NCBI GenBank assembly: GCA_020851435.1
Contig: JADZCS010000246.1
Span: 6,783 to 70,782, forward strand
Length of the DNA stretch: 64,000 nucleotides
Direction: 5' to 3'
Source: Gammaproteobacteria bacterium
GTDB taxonomy: Bacteria; Pseudomonadota; Gammaproteobacteria; Steroidobacterales; Steroidobacteraceae
The notes beneath the pieces were generated by a model. It saw only the letters and a program-made list of their open reading frames with translations. It had not been told where the DNA came from and made no database searches. How positions within the stretch are numbered: the stretch's first letter is position 1; every line of letters starts with the position of its first letter. A program made the translations under genes and the position numbers. Below are positions 19,201-27,301 of this stretch, piece after piece.

Positions 19201-22200
19201 TGCCGTCGTCACGGCCGGCGGTACGATCACAGTCGGCGCCGTGAACGCGTCGGATGTCGTCGCCCTGACGGCGACCACAGGAAACATCGCCCTCGACGGT
19301 GACAACTCGACCCGGATCGTCGCGCCCAACGTGCTCCTCGCTGCGACGAGCGGTTCGGTTTCTGCCCAGACGACCTCCGCGTCGGTGTCCGCGGACGGCA
19401 CGTCGCTGACTGTGTCCGACAATCTGGAAACCGGCGTGACGATTTACACGCTGGTGGCGGACGGCGACGTCAGTATTACCGACGATGGAGGCATCACCAT
19501 CGCCACGCCCATCGACGGCACGGCGAACGTCAAGAACGTGTCTTTGATCGCGGATGCGGACGGAGACGCGGTGGCCGGAGAGGGCTTGGTCGAACTGCCC
19601 GACGGCAACGCCGCCTGGATCAGCGGTCCGGTCAACCTCGACAGCCTGACGGTTCGCGGCACGGGCGTGTTTTACACAGCGAACAATACGACCACCCTGG
19701 GTGCGAACTTCTTCCTGGGTGCAGAGACGATCGACCTGCGGCAGCGCCTCGAAGGACCCGGTACGACCGCGAACGTTGGCAATGCCACGAACGTCACGAT
19801 CCTGGAAGCCCTGTCCGGCAATACCATCACCATCAATTCGACTCTCGCATCGGGCGGTCTGGCCCTGAACGTGTCGGGTTCTGCGTCCCTCGAAGTCAAT
19901 GCAGTGACCACCGGCGCCCTCACGCTGACCAGTTCAGTGTCGGACCTGCAGGACATCGCGTCCGGCGGATCCATCGCAATCACCGACAGCCACGAGGATG
20001 CCGGCGGCCGTTACACCATCGCTTCCAACGGCGACGTGTCTATCACCGACGTAGGCGGAATCATTCTCACCGGCCAGATCACGGACGGCGGCAACATGTC
20101 CGTCCTGTCGCTGGTTGCGGACTCCGACAACGATGCGGCCACGGTGGACGCTGGGCTGCTGACGCTGGCCGACCGCAACGCGGCGATCGTGTCTGGCACT
20201 CCGAACCTGAGTTCCGTCACGCTGCGCGGCACGGACATCCGTGCGTCGCTCAACGATGCGGACCCGACCCTGACCTTCGCCATGGGCGCCAACCAGTTGA
20301 TGGGCGCCGAGACGGTCAACCTGGGTGCGCGCCTTGCGGCGCGCAGCTATGACGTCAACCTCGGTGGCGCTACCAGCGTCAACGCCACGGTCGGTGGCAC
20401 GGCCCGCGACCTGACTCTGACTTCCGAACTGACCAGCGGCACGCTGTCGGTCGCGGGGGCCAGCGCGTCCGGCGTGCTGACGATCGACACTTCGACGGGC
20501 GCGGCCGGGGCTGCGGCGGCGAACATCGACTCCAGCAAGACGACCCTGTCCGGCAGCAGCGTCTACGTGGTCGCGGACGGCTCGGTTAAGACTGGTGCTG
20601 TCACTGCGACTGACGCGACGCTCGGCGACGTGAGCCTGCGGGCGCTTGGCACGGGCTCGAACCTGACGATCACGGGGACCGTAACGGTCGCCGACGTCGT
20701 TACTCTCGAGGCGGGAGGGTCCCTGACCGGCGGTCTCAAGATCCCGACTGCCAATTCGGCGAGCATTACGGTTGGTGATGCCATCGACGGCGTCGACATC
20801 ACGACGGTCGGTCAACTCGATGTGACCACCACTACGCCCACCGGATCGATCAGCAATTCGAATTTCACGTCGACTGGTTCCAACGTGTTCGTGACGTCTG
20901 CGGCCACTTCAGACAACGTCCACCTAGCCGCGAATGCGGACGCGATCCTCTGGTCCGCCGGTACCGTGACGAATTCGTCGGCTGTCGCGAGCCGGGCCGC
21001 GATCGTCACCACGGGAGCCGCCGGCGATGTGGTGGATTCGGCGGTGTCGGGCAATTCCGACGCGGTGATCATCGCTGCGGGTACCGGTTCGATTTCCGGC
21101 AGCACCGCTACCTCCTCCGGGTCGACGGTCCTCAGGGCCGACGGCACCGGTTCCATCAGCAACTCCAGCATGACTGGCGTGACCGGTACCTTGTCGGCGC
21201 CGGGGGGATCGGCCAGCGTTACCTCGAATATCTCGGGCTCGTTCAACGTCAACGTTGGCGGGTCAGTGGCAATCTTCGACACAGGCGAGGCGACTGCCAC
21301 GACCTACAGCGTCAGTGCAGACGGCGCGGTTTCCATTGTCGACAACGGCGCGCTGACACTATCGGGTGCGATCGTCGATCGAACAGGGGGCGGCGTCATT
21401 TCCTCCGTCGCTCTGATCGCGGATTCGGACGCTGATGCGGCAGCCGGCGCCGGCGACCTGACGTTGGTCGGGGAGGGCGTGGCCCTGGTGCAGAACCAGG
21501 CCGACGCGAGCGCGGTGACTCTGTCCTCGATCTGGCTCAGCGGCACCGACGTCAACTATTCGGGCGCCCCAACTAATCCAAGCAGTTTCGGATCGTCGAT
21601 CCTGTCCAATGCGACGAATATTGTCTTTGACGCGACACAGGCCACGCGGCTCTATTCGCTCAGCATCGGCAATGCAACGTCGTTCTCCGGATTGGTCGGC
21701 GGCGCGAGCCCGAACGACCTGTACATCAGCTCCACTCTGGCCGCTCCGGCGACGCTTAACGTGGCGTCCACTTCGGCAACCGGTTATCTGAACATCTATA
21801 CGCCGGCGAACCTCACTTCCTCGGGCAGCACGCTGTCGGGCAATGCGGGTGTATCCGTCAGCGCCGACGGCAATATCACCGATCTCGCCGCGTATTCATC
21901 CGCTGCAAGCGTGTACGTCCAGTCGAATGGCAGCATCTCGAAGTCCTCCGGGACCATCGACGGCGACGGGCAGTACGTCTACCTCTATACCCAAAGCGGT
22001 GGCAGCATCACCGACAGTTCGGTGCTGGCCACGGGTGCAGGTTCGTACGCGACGCTGCTCGTCTACAACACCGGGACCGGCTCGATCAGTAACTCGTCGG
22101 CCACTGCGACCGGTACCAATGGCGTTGCCCAGGTTTGCGCCAGCAGTTTCGTCTGCGGAGGCACTGGACTCGGCAGCATCACCGGTACGACGGTCACCTC

Positions 22201-25200
22201 GACCCAGGGCACGGCCTCCGTGTACGGCACCGACATCGGTGGTGGCACGACGGTTAGCGCGGCAAATACGGCATGGTTGACAGCGACGGCTGGCTCCATC
22301 GCGGCGAGTACGGCTGTTGGCGGCCTCAATGCGACCGCGACCGGTACGGTCACCATCACCGAGGCCGATGCTGTAACGCTGGGCAATGTATCCGGCGCCG
22401 GGGTCACGCTTGCGAGCACCAACGGCACGATCAGCGGCGGCAGTGTCTCGTCGATCGGCGCGGGCAACGATGTGACGCTGACGGCCAACGGCGCCGGCAG
22501 CAACATCACCGGCACGAAGGTCAATGCCGCGGACGCAGCGACGCTGACGGCAGCCAATGCGATCACCAGCGTCAACGTGTCGGCTGGCGGCGCCGCAACG
22601 CTGACGGCGACCAAGGGCGAAATCACCGGCGTCGTGAACGCGGCGACGGCTGCGCTCAACGCTGCCACCTTCATCGACGTCGACACGACGGTCGGCACGC
22701 TGGCCGCCTCGGCCGGCGGCGACATCACCGTCGATGAGACTGACGGTATCGTCCTGGCAACCATCTCAGGCGCGAACATCGACATCGGCACGACGGCCGG
22801 CTCGATCACCGGCGGCACGGTCACCGCGAACGGCGCCGGTACCGACGTCGTCCTCACGGCCGGTGGCGCGACCAGCGACATCGACGGTGTGACCGTGACG
22901 GCTCCCGACACGGCCTCCGTGACGGCGGGCCGCTCGGTGCTCAACTCCACGATCTCCGCCGGCACCTCGGCCACGGTCGTGGCGACCGCGGGTTCGCTGA
23001 CCAACAACACGATCACCGGCCCGACCTCGCTGACGCTGACCGCCGGCGGCGGTTCCATCACCGGCGCCATCAGCACGAATGCGGCAACTCTGACCGCTGG
23101 TACGTTCATCGACGTCGACACGACGGTGAACACGCTCAGCGCTACTGCAGCAGGCGACGTGACGATCGACGAGACCGACGCGGTGACCCTTGGCTCCGTG
23201 AGCGGCAACAACGTCGTGATCACGGCGGGCGGGACGATCACCAACGGCAACGTGTCGGCGACCAAGGATGCGACGGTCACCGCCAATGGCGTCGCCAGCG
23301 ACATCGCCGGCACCGTCGTCAGTGCGGGTAACGTCGCGGCACTGGCTGCCGGCGATTCGATCGACGCACAGGTGACCGCACTTTCCGCGAAGTTCAATGC
23401 GGGCAGCACGATCACCGCCTCGACCCAGGTCGGCACGCTGTCCGCCACGGGCGGCGGCGCAGTGGCGATCACCGAAGCGAACGACCTGACTATCGGCAGC
23501 ATCACCGGTGCTGGCGTGAGCGTCCTCGCATCTGCCGGCTCGATCTCCGGCGGTACGGTCACCTCGACGGGCGCCGGCAACGACGTCACGCTGACGGCGG
23601 CTGGCGCGGGCAGCGACATCAGCGGCACGACGGTGGTGGCGGCCGACCAGGCTGTCCTGACGGCCGCTGACGTGCTCACGGCCACGGTCACGGCAGCTGG
23701 CGCGGACCTCAACGCGGGCGGCGCGATTACGGCGACCACGACGGTCGCCAACCTCGCGGCCGACTCGACCGGCGGTAGCGTTTCGATCAACGAGACCGAC
23801 GCGGTCACCTTCAGCACCCTGTCCGGCACGAGCGTGTTCCTGGGAGCTGGCGGTACGATCACGGGCGGTACGCTGACAACGGCCGGCAGCGCGGGCCTTA
23901 ACGCGACCGGCGCAGGCAGCGACATTGTCGGGGCGTCGATCACTGCAGGCACCACGAAACTGTCTGCGGCCGATGCGATCACCGTGTCGACGACGACCGG
24001 CACGCTCGGCGCCACGGGCGGCGGGGCGGTGTCGATCACCGAGACGGACGCGGTCACCTTGGCATCCCTGAGCGGTGCGGGCGTGTCCCTGACGGCAGGC
24101 GGCACCATCAGCGGCGGCACGGTCACGTCGACCGGCGCCGGCAACGACGTCTCGCTGGTGGCGACCGGCGCGTCGAGCAGCATCGACAGCACGGTGGTCA
24201 ACGCCGCCGATGCAGCGACGCTGACGGCAGGCAATGCGATCACGGCGGTCACTGTCACGGCTGGTGGCACGGCCACACTGACGGCGCAGGCGGGTCAGAT
24301 CACCGGCGTGGTGAATGCCGCCACCGCTGCCCTGAATGCGGCGACTTTCATCGACGTCGACACCACGGTCGGCACGCTGTCGGCGACCGCTGGCGGTGAC
24401 ATCCTGGTCGACGAGACCGACGGCCTGATCCTGGCGACGGTTTCCGGCGCCGGCATCGACATCGGCACGACGGCCGGTTCGATCACGGGTGGAACGGTTA
24501 CCGCGAACGGGGCGGGCTCCGACGTGGTGTTGACCGCGGGCGGCGCGAGCAGCGACATCGACGGTGTGACGGTCACGGCTGCCGACCAGGCGACCCTGAC
24601 GGCCGGCCGGTCGGTGCTCAACTCGACGGTCAAGGCCGGCAATGCAGCGACGATCGTCGCGACAACCGGATCGTTGACGGGCAACACCTTCAGCGGCCTG
24701 GCGGGCGACGTGCTCGACACGCTGACCCTGACGGCGGGTGGCGGTTCGATCACGGGCACCGTGTCCGCGGTCAACGCGAACCTGACGGCCGGGACCTTTA
24801 TCGACGTTGACACGACGGTCGGTACCCTGAACGCGACGGCCAACGCCGGCGACGTGACCATCGACGAAACGGACTCGCTGACGCTTGGCACCATCGCCGG
24901 CAACAACGTGTCCGTCACTGCTGCTGGCTCGATCTCCGGCGGTACGGTGACTGCGGCGACGAATGCGACCCTGGCGGCCAACGGCGGTGGCAGCAGCATC
25001 ACCGGCACGGTCGTTACGGCTGGCAGTGCCGCCGCGCTGAGCGCGGGCGACGCCATCAATGCCCAGATCGCCGCGGCCTCGGCCACCCTGAATGCCGGCG
25101 GTGCGATCACGGCGGCGACGACGGTCGGCACGCTGTCTGCGACTGGCGGCGGGGTAGTTGCGATTACGGAAGCGAACGACCTCACGGTCGGTACGATCAC

Positions 25201-27268
25201 GGGCGCAGGCGTCACGGTGACGACGACGGCAGGCACGCTCAGCGGCGGCACGGTCACCTCGACCGGTGCCGGCAATGACGCGGTGCTGACGGCCGGCGGC
25301 GCGGGTAGCGACGTGAGCGGAGTGACGATCGTCGCCGCCGATCAGGCTGTCGTCACGGCCGCCGATGCGATCAGTGCGACGGTGACGGCCGCCGGTGCGG
25401 ACCTGAACGCCACCGGAGCGATCACCGCCACCACGACGGTTGCCAGCCTCGCGGCTGATACGACGGGCGGTGCGGTGGCGATCACCGAGACCGACGCAGT
25501 CGCGTTCTCGTCGCTGTCCGGCACCAGCGTGTCGCTGGCGGCGGGCGGCAACGTCACGGCTGGCACTGTCGCGACGACCGGCGCGGCGACGATCTCGTCC
25601 ACGGGGTCGATCCTCGACGACGCCAACGCGGCGACCCGCATCGCGGCCAGCACGGTCACGTTCACGGCGGGCGGCTCCATCGGCACCAGCACCGAGAGGG
25701 TGGGCACCGATGTCGGCACCCTGAACGCGACCACCACCAACGGCAGCATCTTCATCAATGAAGCCAACGCGGTGGCCATCGGTTCGGTGACCGCCAACGG
25801 CGCCGGCTCCGACGTCGACATCCTGTCCGGCGGTGCGATGACGGTCAGCAACTCCTCGCTGACCGCGGCCGACACCGTCGTGCTGCGCGCGACGACCGGC
25901 GACGTCACCCTGGGTCGGGTGACGGCTGGCACCACGGCGGCCATCACGGCCGACGCCGGCAGCATCCTCGACGACGGCCAGGCGGATACCGCCATCCGGC
26001 TGACGGCGACGGGTGCGACCCTCACGGCGTCGGGCTCGATCGGCACCGCTTCGGCGGGGCTCGATACGAGCCTGGATACCCTGACGGCCACTGCGACCAC
26101 CGGCAACATCTACATCGATGAGGCGAACGCCATCACGCTGACCAGCGTCACGGCCAACGGCGCCGGCGCTGACGTGGGCATCACCGCTGCTGGCAACATC
26201 ACCGCGACGAGCGTGAAAGCGGGCGATACGGTGGGCTTGACGGCGACTTCTGGCAACGTGGCCTTTGACCAGGTCACGGCAGGCGGGGCTGCGGCCGTCT
26301 CGGCAGCCAGCGGCTCGATCACGGACGTGGACTCGGACTCGGTGCTGACCGCGTCGACCGCGACCCTGACCGCTGCCTCGGGCATCGGCACGGCCTCCAG
26401 CGCCTCGACCGGTGGCCGGGTCGACACCGCGGTGGGCAGCATCACGGCAACCGTCACGGGCGCCGGGGCGGGGATGTTCATCGAGGAACTCGACAGCGTC
26501 ACCATCAACAGCCTGCGCAGCGTGGGTGGCACGATCGAGTTCGCCGCTGGATCGACGGCTTCCGGTGCCGGTACGGTCGTCACGCTGGGTTCGACGACCA
26601 CGGCCAACGTCCCTGTGACCACGGGCCCCACCGCCCAGGTCACCAGTGGCGTAGGCCTGGTGGGCGACGTCCTGATCGTGTCTTCGGGCAGCATCGTCAG
26701 CGGCCTCGCGTCGACCGGTGCGCCGAACGTCATCGCCAACCAGGTCGAGTTGCGGTCGCCGGCGGTCGGTGCGAGCGTGACCCAGCCGGTCAACATCAAC
26801 ACCAACCTGCTGCGCCTCACGCTGCCGGCTTCGGTGGTGGCGTCGCGGGTCCGCCCGAACTACACCCTGACGCCCAACCCGCCGCAGTTCGAGGTGTTCA
26901 GTGTCGCGGCAGGCGTCGGCGATCCGGCGTGGTTCTCCGCTGGCTTCTTCGGCATCGGCGAGCGCGACATCGCGGCGCAGGCACTGTTCGCACCCTTGAA
27001 CAACACCGGCTCGGCGTCGGATGCGGGTTCGCAGGCGGGCGAGGATCCGAGCGTCATCGACTGGTCGGCGCTCGCGCAGACGGTTGAGCCCTTCGGTCGT
27101 GGCCAGCCGCCGATCTGCCTGCCGGCAGACCAGAGCGAGGACGAGGAGTCGGCGTGCGGCGGCCAGGAGCAGGCGGCAGGCGTCTGGCCCAACCGCCCGG
27201 TGCTGGTGTTCACGGCCAATGGCCTGAAGGTCAGGTACCTGGGTCATTCCGGCCGGCTGATGCGCTGA
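16238..27268 (+). CDS. Giant TPS-secreted exoprotein (FhaB/filamentous-haemagglutinin-like, 3676 aa)
   Basis: SD AGGAGA upstream. Extended signal peptide. N-terminal TPS (haemagglutination activity) domain with LNRIWDQNPTQIFGQVMANGRLIMVNPNGIYFG (NPNGI motif). The remainder is Thr/Ala/Gly/Ser/Val-rich beta-helix-type repeats (ITE[AT]DAVTLG.VSG...). It lies immediately after its cognate transporter gene. Confidence 0.9.
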   Translation: MARNETLAFHVTRMLRDASLQAGVVTAATLLAVAPAIAGPQGGRVRTGSGSIATPTATSTVVTQGSRFLAVDWTSFNVAAGESVQFVQPTSSSVALNRIWDQNPTQIFGQVMANGRLIMVNPNGIYFGRSATLNVGSLLATTMNVSDIDAQNDRLTLDGAGTRGIVSNAGLIEAAPGGSVALIGGAVENTGRIVANMGAVTLAAGTSATVDFAGDGLMQFAVSGDVAEQLNGQRAAVSNSGEIVADGGTILMTARDANRVFDAAINNSGVLRAGRIENRGGSIVLSAPDGDVIHSGVASATGDANSSSGGSVSISGDRVGLFGEAVVDASGVNGGGSVRIGGGFQGRDASIENSSLTLVSSGASIGASATGAGDGGNVVIWSDGTTRYFGDIKAEGGATGGNGGFVEVSGLQVLDFQGTVSTLAAQGIRGTLLLDPDNLNIVASHAADNDTYDSTTEAFGTPGAGTAILESGDFASGGGNEGTSFLLVSVLESQLATNNVRLEAQDDITVSSAVTSSADDRSLTLWAGNNIDFQAGVSLTGANSSLVARAGVDNFTTGAVDPDGGQTNTINVADGVTLQASTITFEAEDSILAAGTTGVLKATTVNLNANNGTLTANTTATTLNATATGNIILREADGVALGTVSGADVTVTTTAGSITGSTAVTATGNLSVTAGGATNDITLNNLNVTGTSKFVAADVIDVSGDFGGAVAASGAGNVTIADSTALVLGTVSGAVVSVTAATDIDNGAITSTGSTTLKATAGDISSTDIKAPSASLTAGGAITTVTTAVGTLAATAVGNISIAEADALTLGVVSGDGVSISTTTGSIDVGAGGSVTAAGNLALTAGGATSDLTGTGFDVTGTSSLNAGDAVTVSGKFVDVVSGTTGGAFSITSADTLTVGAISGASIKVASTAGDILDDGAATRLTAATSVVLEAAGDIGLTTAGDEIDTAAASISATATDGNIFIDESDAVTLTSLSATGPALTSGDAVVTAGGTITVGAVNASDVVALTATTGNIALDGDNSTRIVAPNVLLAATSGSVSAQTTSASVSADGTSLTVSDNLETGVTIYTLVADGDVSITDDGGITIATPIDGTANVKNVSLIADADGDAVAGEGLVELPDGNAAWISGPVNLDSLTVRGTGVFYTANNTTTLGANFFLGAETIDLRQRLEGPGTTANVGNATNVTILEALSGNTITINSTLASGGLALNVSGSASLEVNAVTTGALTLTSSVSDLQDIASGGSIAITDSHEDAGGRYTIASNGDVSITDVGGIILTGQITDGGNMSVLSLVADSDNDAATVDAGLLTLADRNAAIVSGTPNLSSVTLRGTDIRASLNDADPTLTFAMGANQLMGAETVNLGARLAARSYDVNLGGATSVNATVGGTARDLTLTSELTSGTLSVAGASASGVLTIDTSTGAAGAAAANIDSSKTTLSGSSVYVVADGSVKTGAVTATDATLGDVSLRALGTGSNLTITGTVTVADVVTLEAGGSLTGGLKIPTANSASITVGDAIDGVDITTVGQLDVTTTTPTGSISNSNFTSTGSNVFVTSAATSDNVHLAANADAILWSAGTVTNSSAVASRAAIVTTGAAGDVVDSAVSGNSDAVIIAAGTGSISGSTATSSGSTVLRADGTGSISNSSMTGVTGTLSAPGGSASVTSNISGSFNVNVGGSVAIFDTGEATATTYSVSADGAVSIVDNGALTLSGAIVDRTGGGVISSVALIADSDADAAAGAGDLTLVGEGVALVQNQADASAVTLSSIWLSGTDVNYSGAPTNPSSFGSSILSNATNIVFDATQATRLYSLSIGNATSFSGLVGGASPNDLYISSTLAAPATLNVASTSATGYLNIYTPANLTSSGSTLSGNAGVSVSADGNITDLAAYSSAASVYVQSNGSISKSSGTIDGDGQYVYLYTQSGGSITDSSVLATGAGSYATLLVYNTGTGSISNSSATATGTNGVAQVCASSFVCGGTGLGSITGTTVTSTQGTASVYGTDIGGGTTVSAANTAWLTATAGSIAASTAVGGLNATATGTVTITEADAVTLGNVSGAGVTLASTNGTISGGSVSSIGAGNDVTLTANGAGSNITGTKVNAADAATLTAANAITSVNVSAGGAATLTATKGEITGVVNAATAALNAATFIDVDTTVGTLAASAGGDITVDETDGIVLATISGANIDIGTTAGSITGGTVTANGAGTDVVLTAGGATSDIDGVTVTAPDTASVTAGRSVLNSTISAGTSATVVATAGSLTNNTITGPTSLTLTAGGGSITGAISTNAATLTAGTFIDVDTTVNTLSATAAGDVTIDETDAVTLGSVSGNNVVITAGGTITNGNVSATKDATVTANGVASDIAGTVVSAGNVAALAAGDSIDAQVTALSAKFNAGSTITASTQVGTLSATGGGAVAITEANDLTIGSITGAGVSVLASAGSISGGTVTSTGAGNDVTLTAAGAGSDISGTTVVAADQAVLTAADVLTATVTAAGADLNAGGAITATTTVANLAADSTGGSVSINETDAVTFSTLSGTSVFLGAGGTITGGTLTTAGSAGLNATGAGSDIVGASITAGTTKLSAADAITVSTTTGTLGATGGGAVSITETDAVTLASLSGAGVSLTAGGTISGGTVTSTGAGNDVSLVATGASSSIDSTVVNAADAATLTAGNAITAVTVTAGGTATLTAQAGQITGVVNAATAALNAATFIDVDTTVGTLSATAGGDILVDETDGLILATVSGAGIDIGTTAGSITGGTVTANGAGSDVVLTAGGASSDIDGVTVTAADQATLTAGRSVLNSTVKAGNAATIVATTGSLTGNTFSGLAGDVLDTLTLTAGGGSITGTVSAVNANLTAGTFIDVDTTVGTLNATANAGDVTIDETDSLTLGTIAGNNVSVTAAGSISGGTVTAATNATLAANGGGSSITGTVVTAGSAAALSAGDAINAQIAAASATLNAGGAITAATTVGTLSATGGGVVAITEANDLTVGTITGAGVTVTTTAGTLSGGTVTSTGAGNDAVLTAGGAGSDVSGVTIVAADQAVVTAADAISATVTAAGADLNATGAITATTTVASLAADTTGGAVAITETDAVAFSSLSGTSVSLAAGGNVTAGTVATTGAATISSTGSILDDANAATRIAASTVTFTAGGSIGTSTERVGTDVGTLNATTTNGSIFINEANAVAIGSVTANGAGSDVDILSGGAMTVSNSSLTAADTVVLRATTGDVTLGRVTAGTTAAITADAGSILDDGQADTAIRLTATGATLTASGSIGTASAGLDTSLDTLTATATTGNIYIDEANAITLTSVTANGAGADVGITAAGNITATSVKAGDTVGLTATSGNVAFDQVTAGGAAAVSAASGSITDVDSDSVLTASTATLTAASGIGTASSASTGGRVDTAVGSITATVTGAGAGMFIEELDSVTINSLRSVGGTIEFAAGSTASGAGTVVTLGSTTTANVPVTTGPTAQVTSGVGLVGDVLIVSSGSIVSGLASTGAPNVIANQVELRSPAVGASVTQPVNINTNLLRLTLPASVVASRVRPNYTLTPNPPQFEVFSVAAGVGDPAWFSAGFFGIGERDIAAQALFAPLNNTGSASDAGSQAGEDPSVIDWSALAQTVEPFGRGQPPICLPADQSEDEESACGGQEQAAGVWPNRPVLVFTANGLKVRYLGHSGRLMR
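22437..25560 (+). repeat. Diverged tandem macro-duplication (about 1.45 kb matched per copy) inside the exoprotein gene
   Basis: Unit A is about 22437-23870 and unit B about 24115-25560. They are colinear at protein level (e.g. GAGNDVTLTANGAGSNITGTKVNAADAATLTAANAIT... versus GAGNDVSLVATGASSSIDSTVVNAADAATLTAGNAIT...). Many differences are synonymous at DNA level, and B has a small insertion (FSGLAGDVLDT). Confidence 0.8.
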
Positions 27269-27301
27269 TCGGCGCCCACCAACGGACTGGGAGGGAAGGG
27301 A

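Noticed and set aside
17600-26800. Highly periodic repeats that might be taken for a CRISPR array or satellite
   Set aside because: The repeats are in frame, imperfect and of variable length. They translate into a continuous beta-helix-type protein repeat within one 11-kb ORF that begins with a TPS domain. There is no repeat-spacer structure and no cas genes.
26800-27301. Possible CDI-type toxin tip and immunity gene at the end of the exoprotein
   Set aside because: I found no VENN or pre-toxin-like demarcation and no small downstream ORF, since tssA starts 33 nt after the stop. A novel toxin domain cannot be excluded by eye, so the question stays open under the exoprotein finding.
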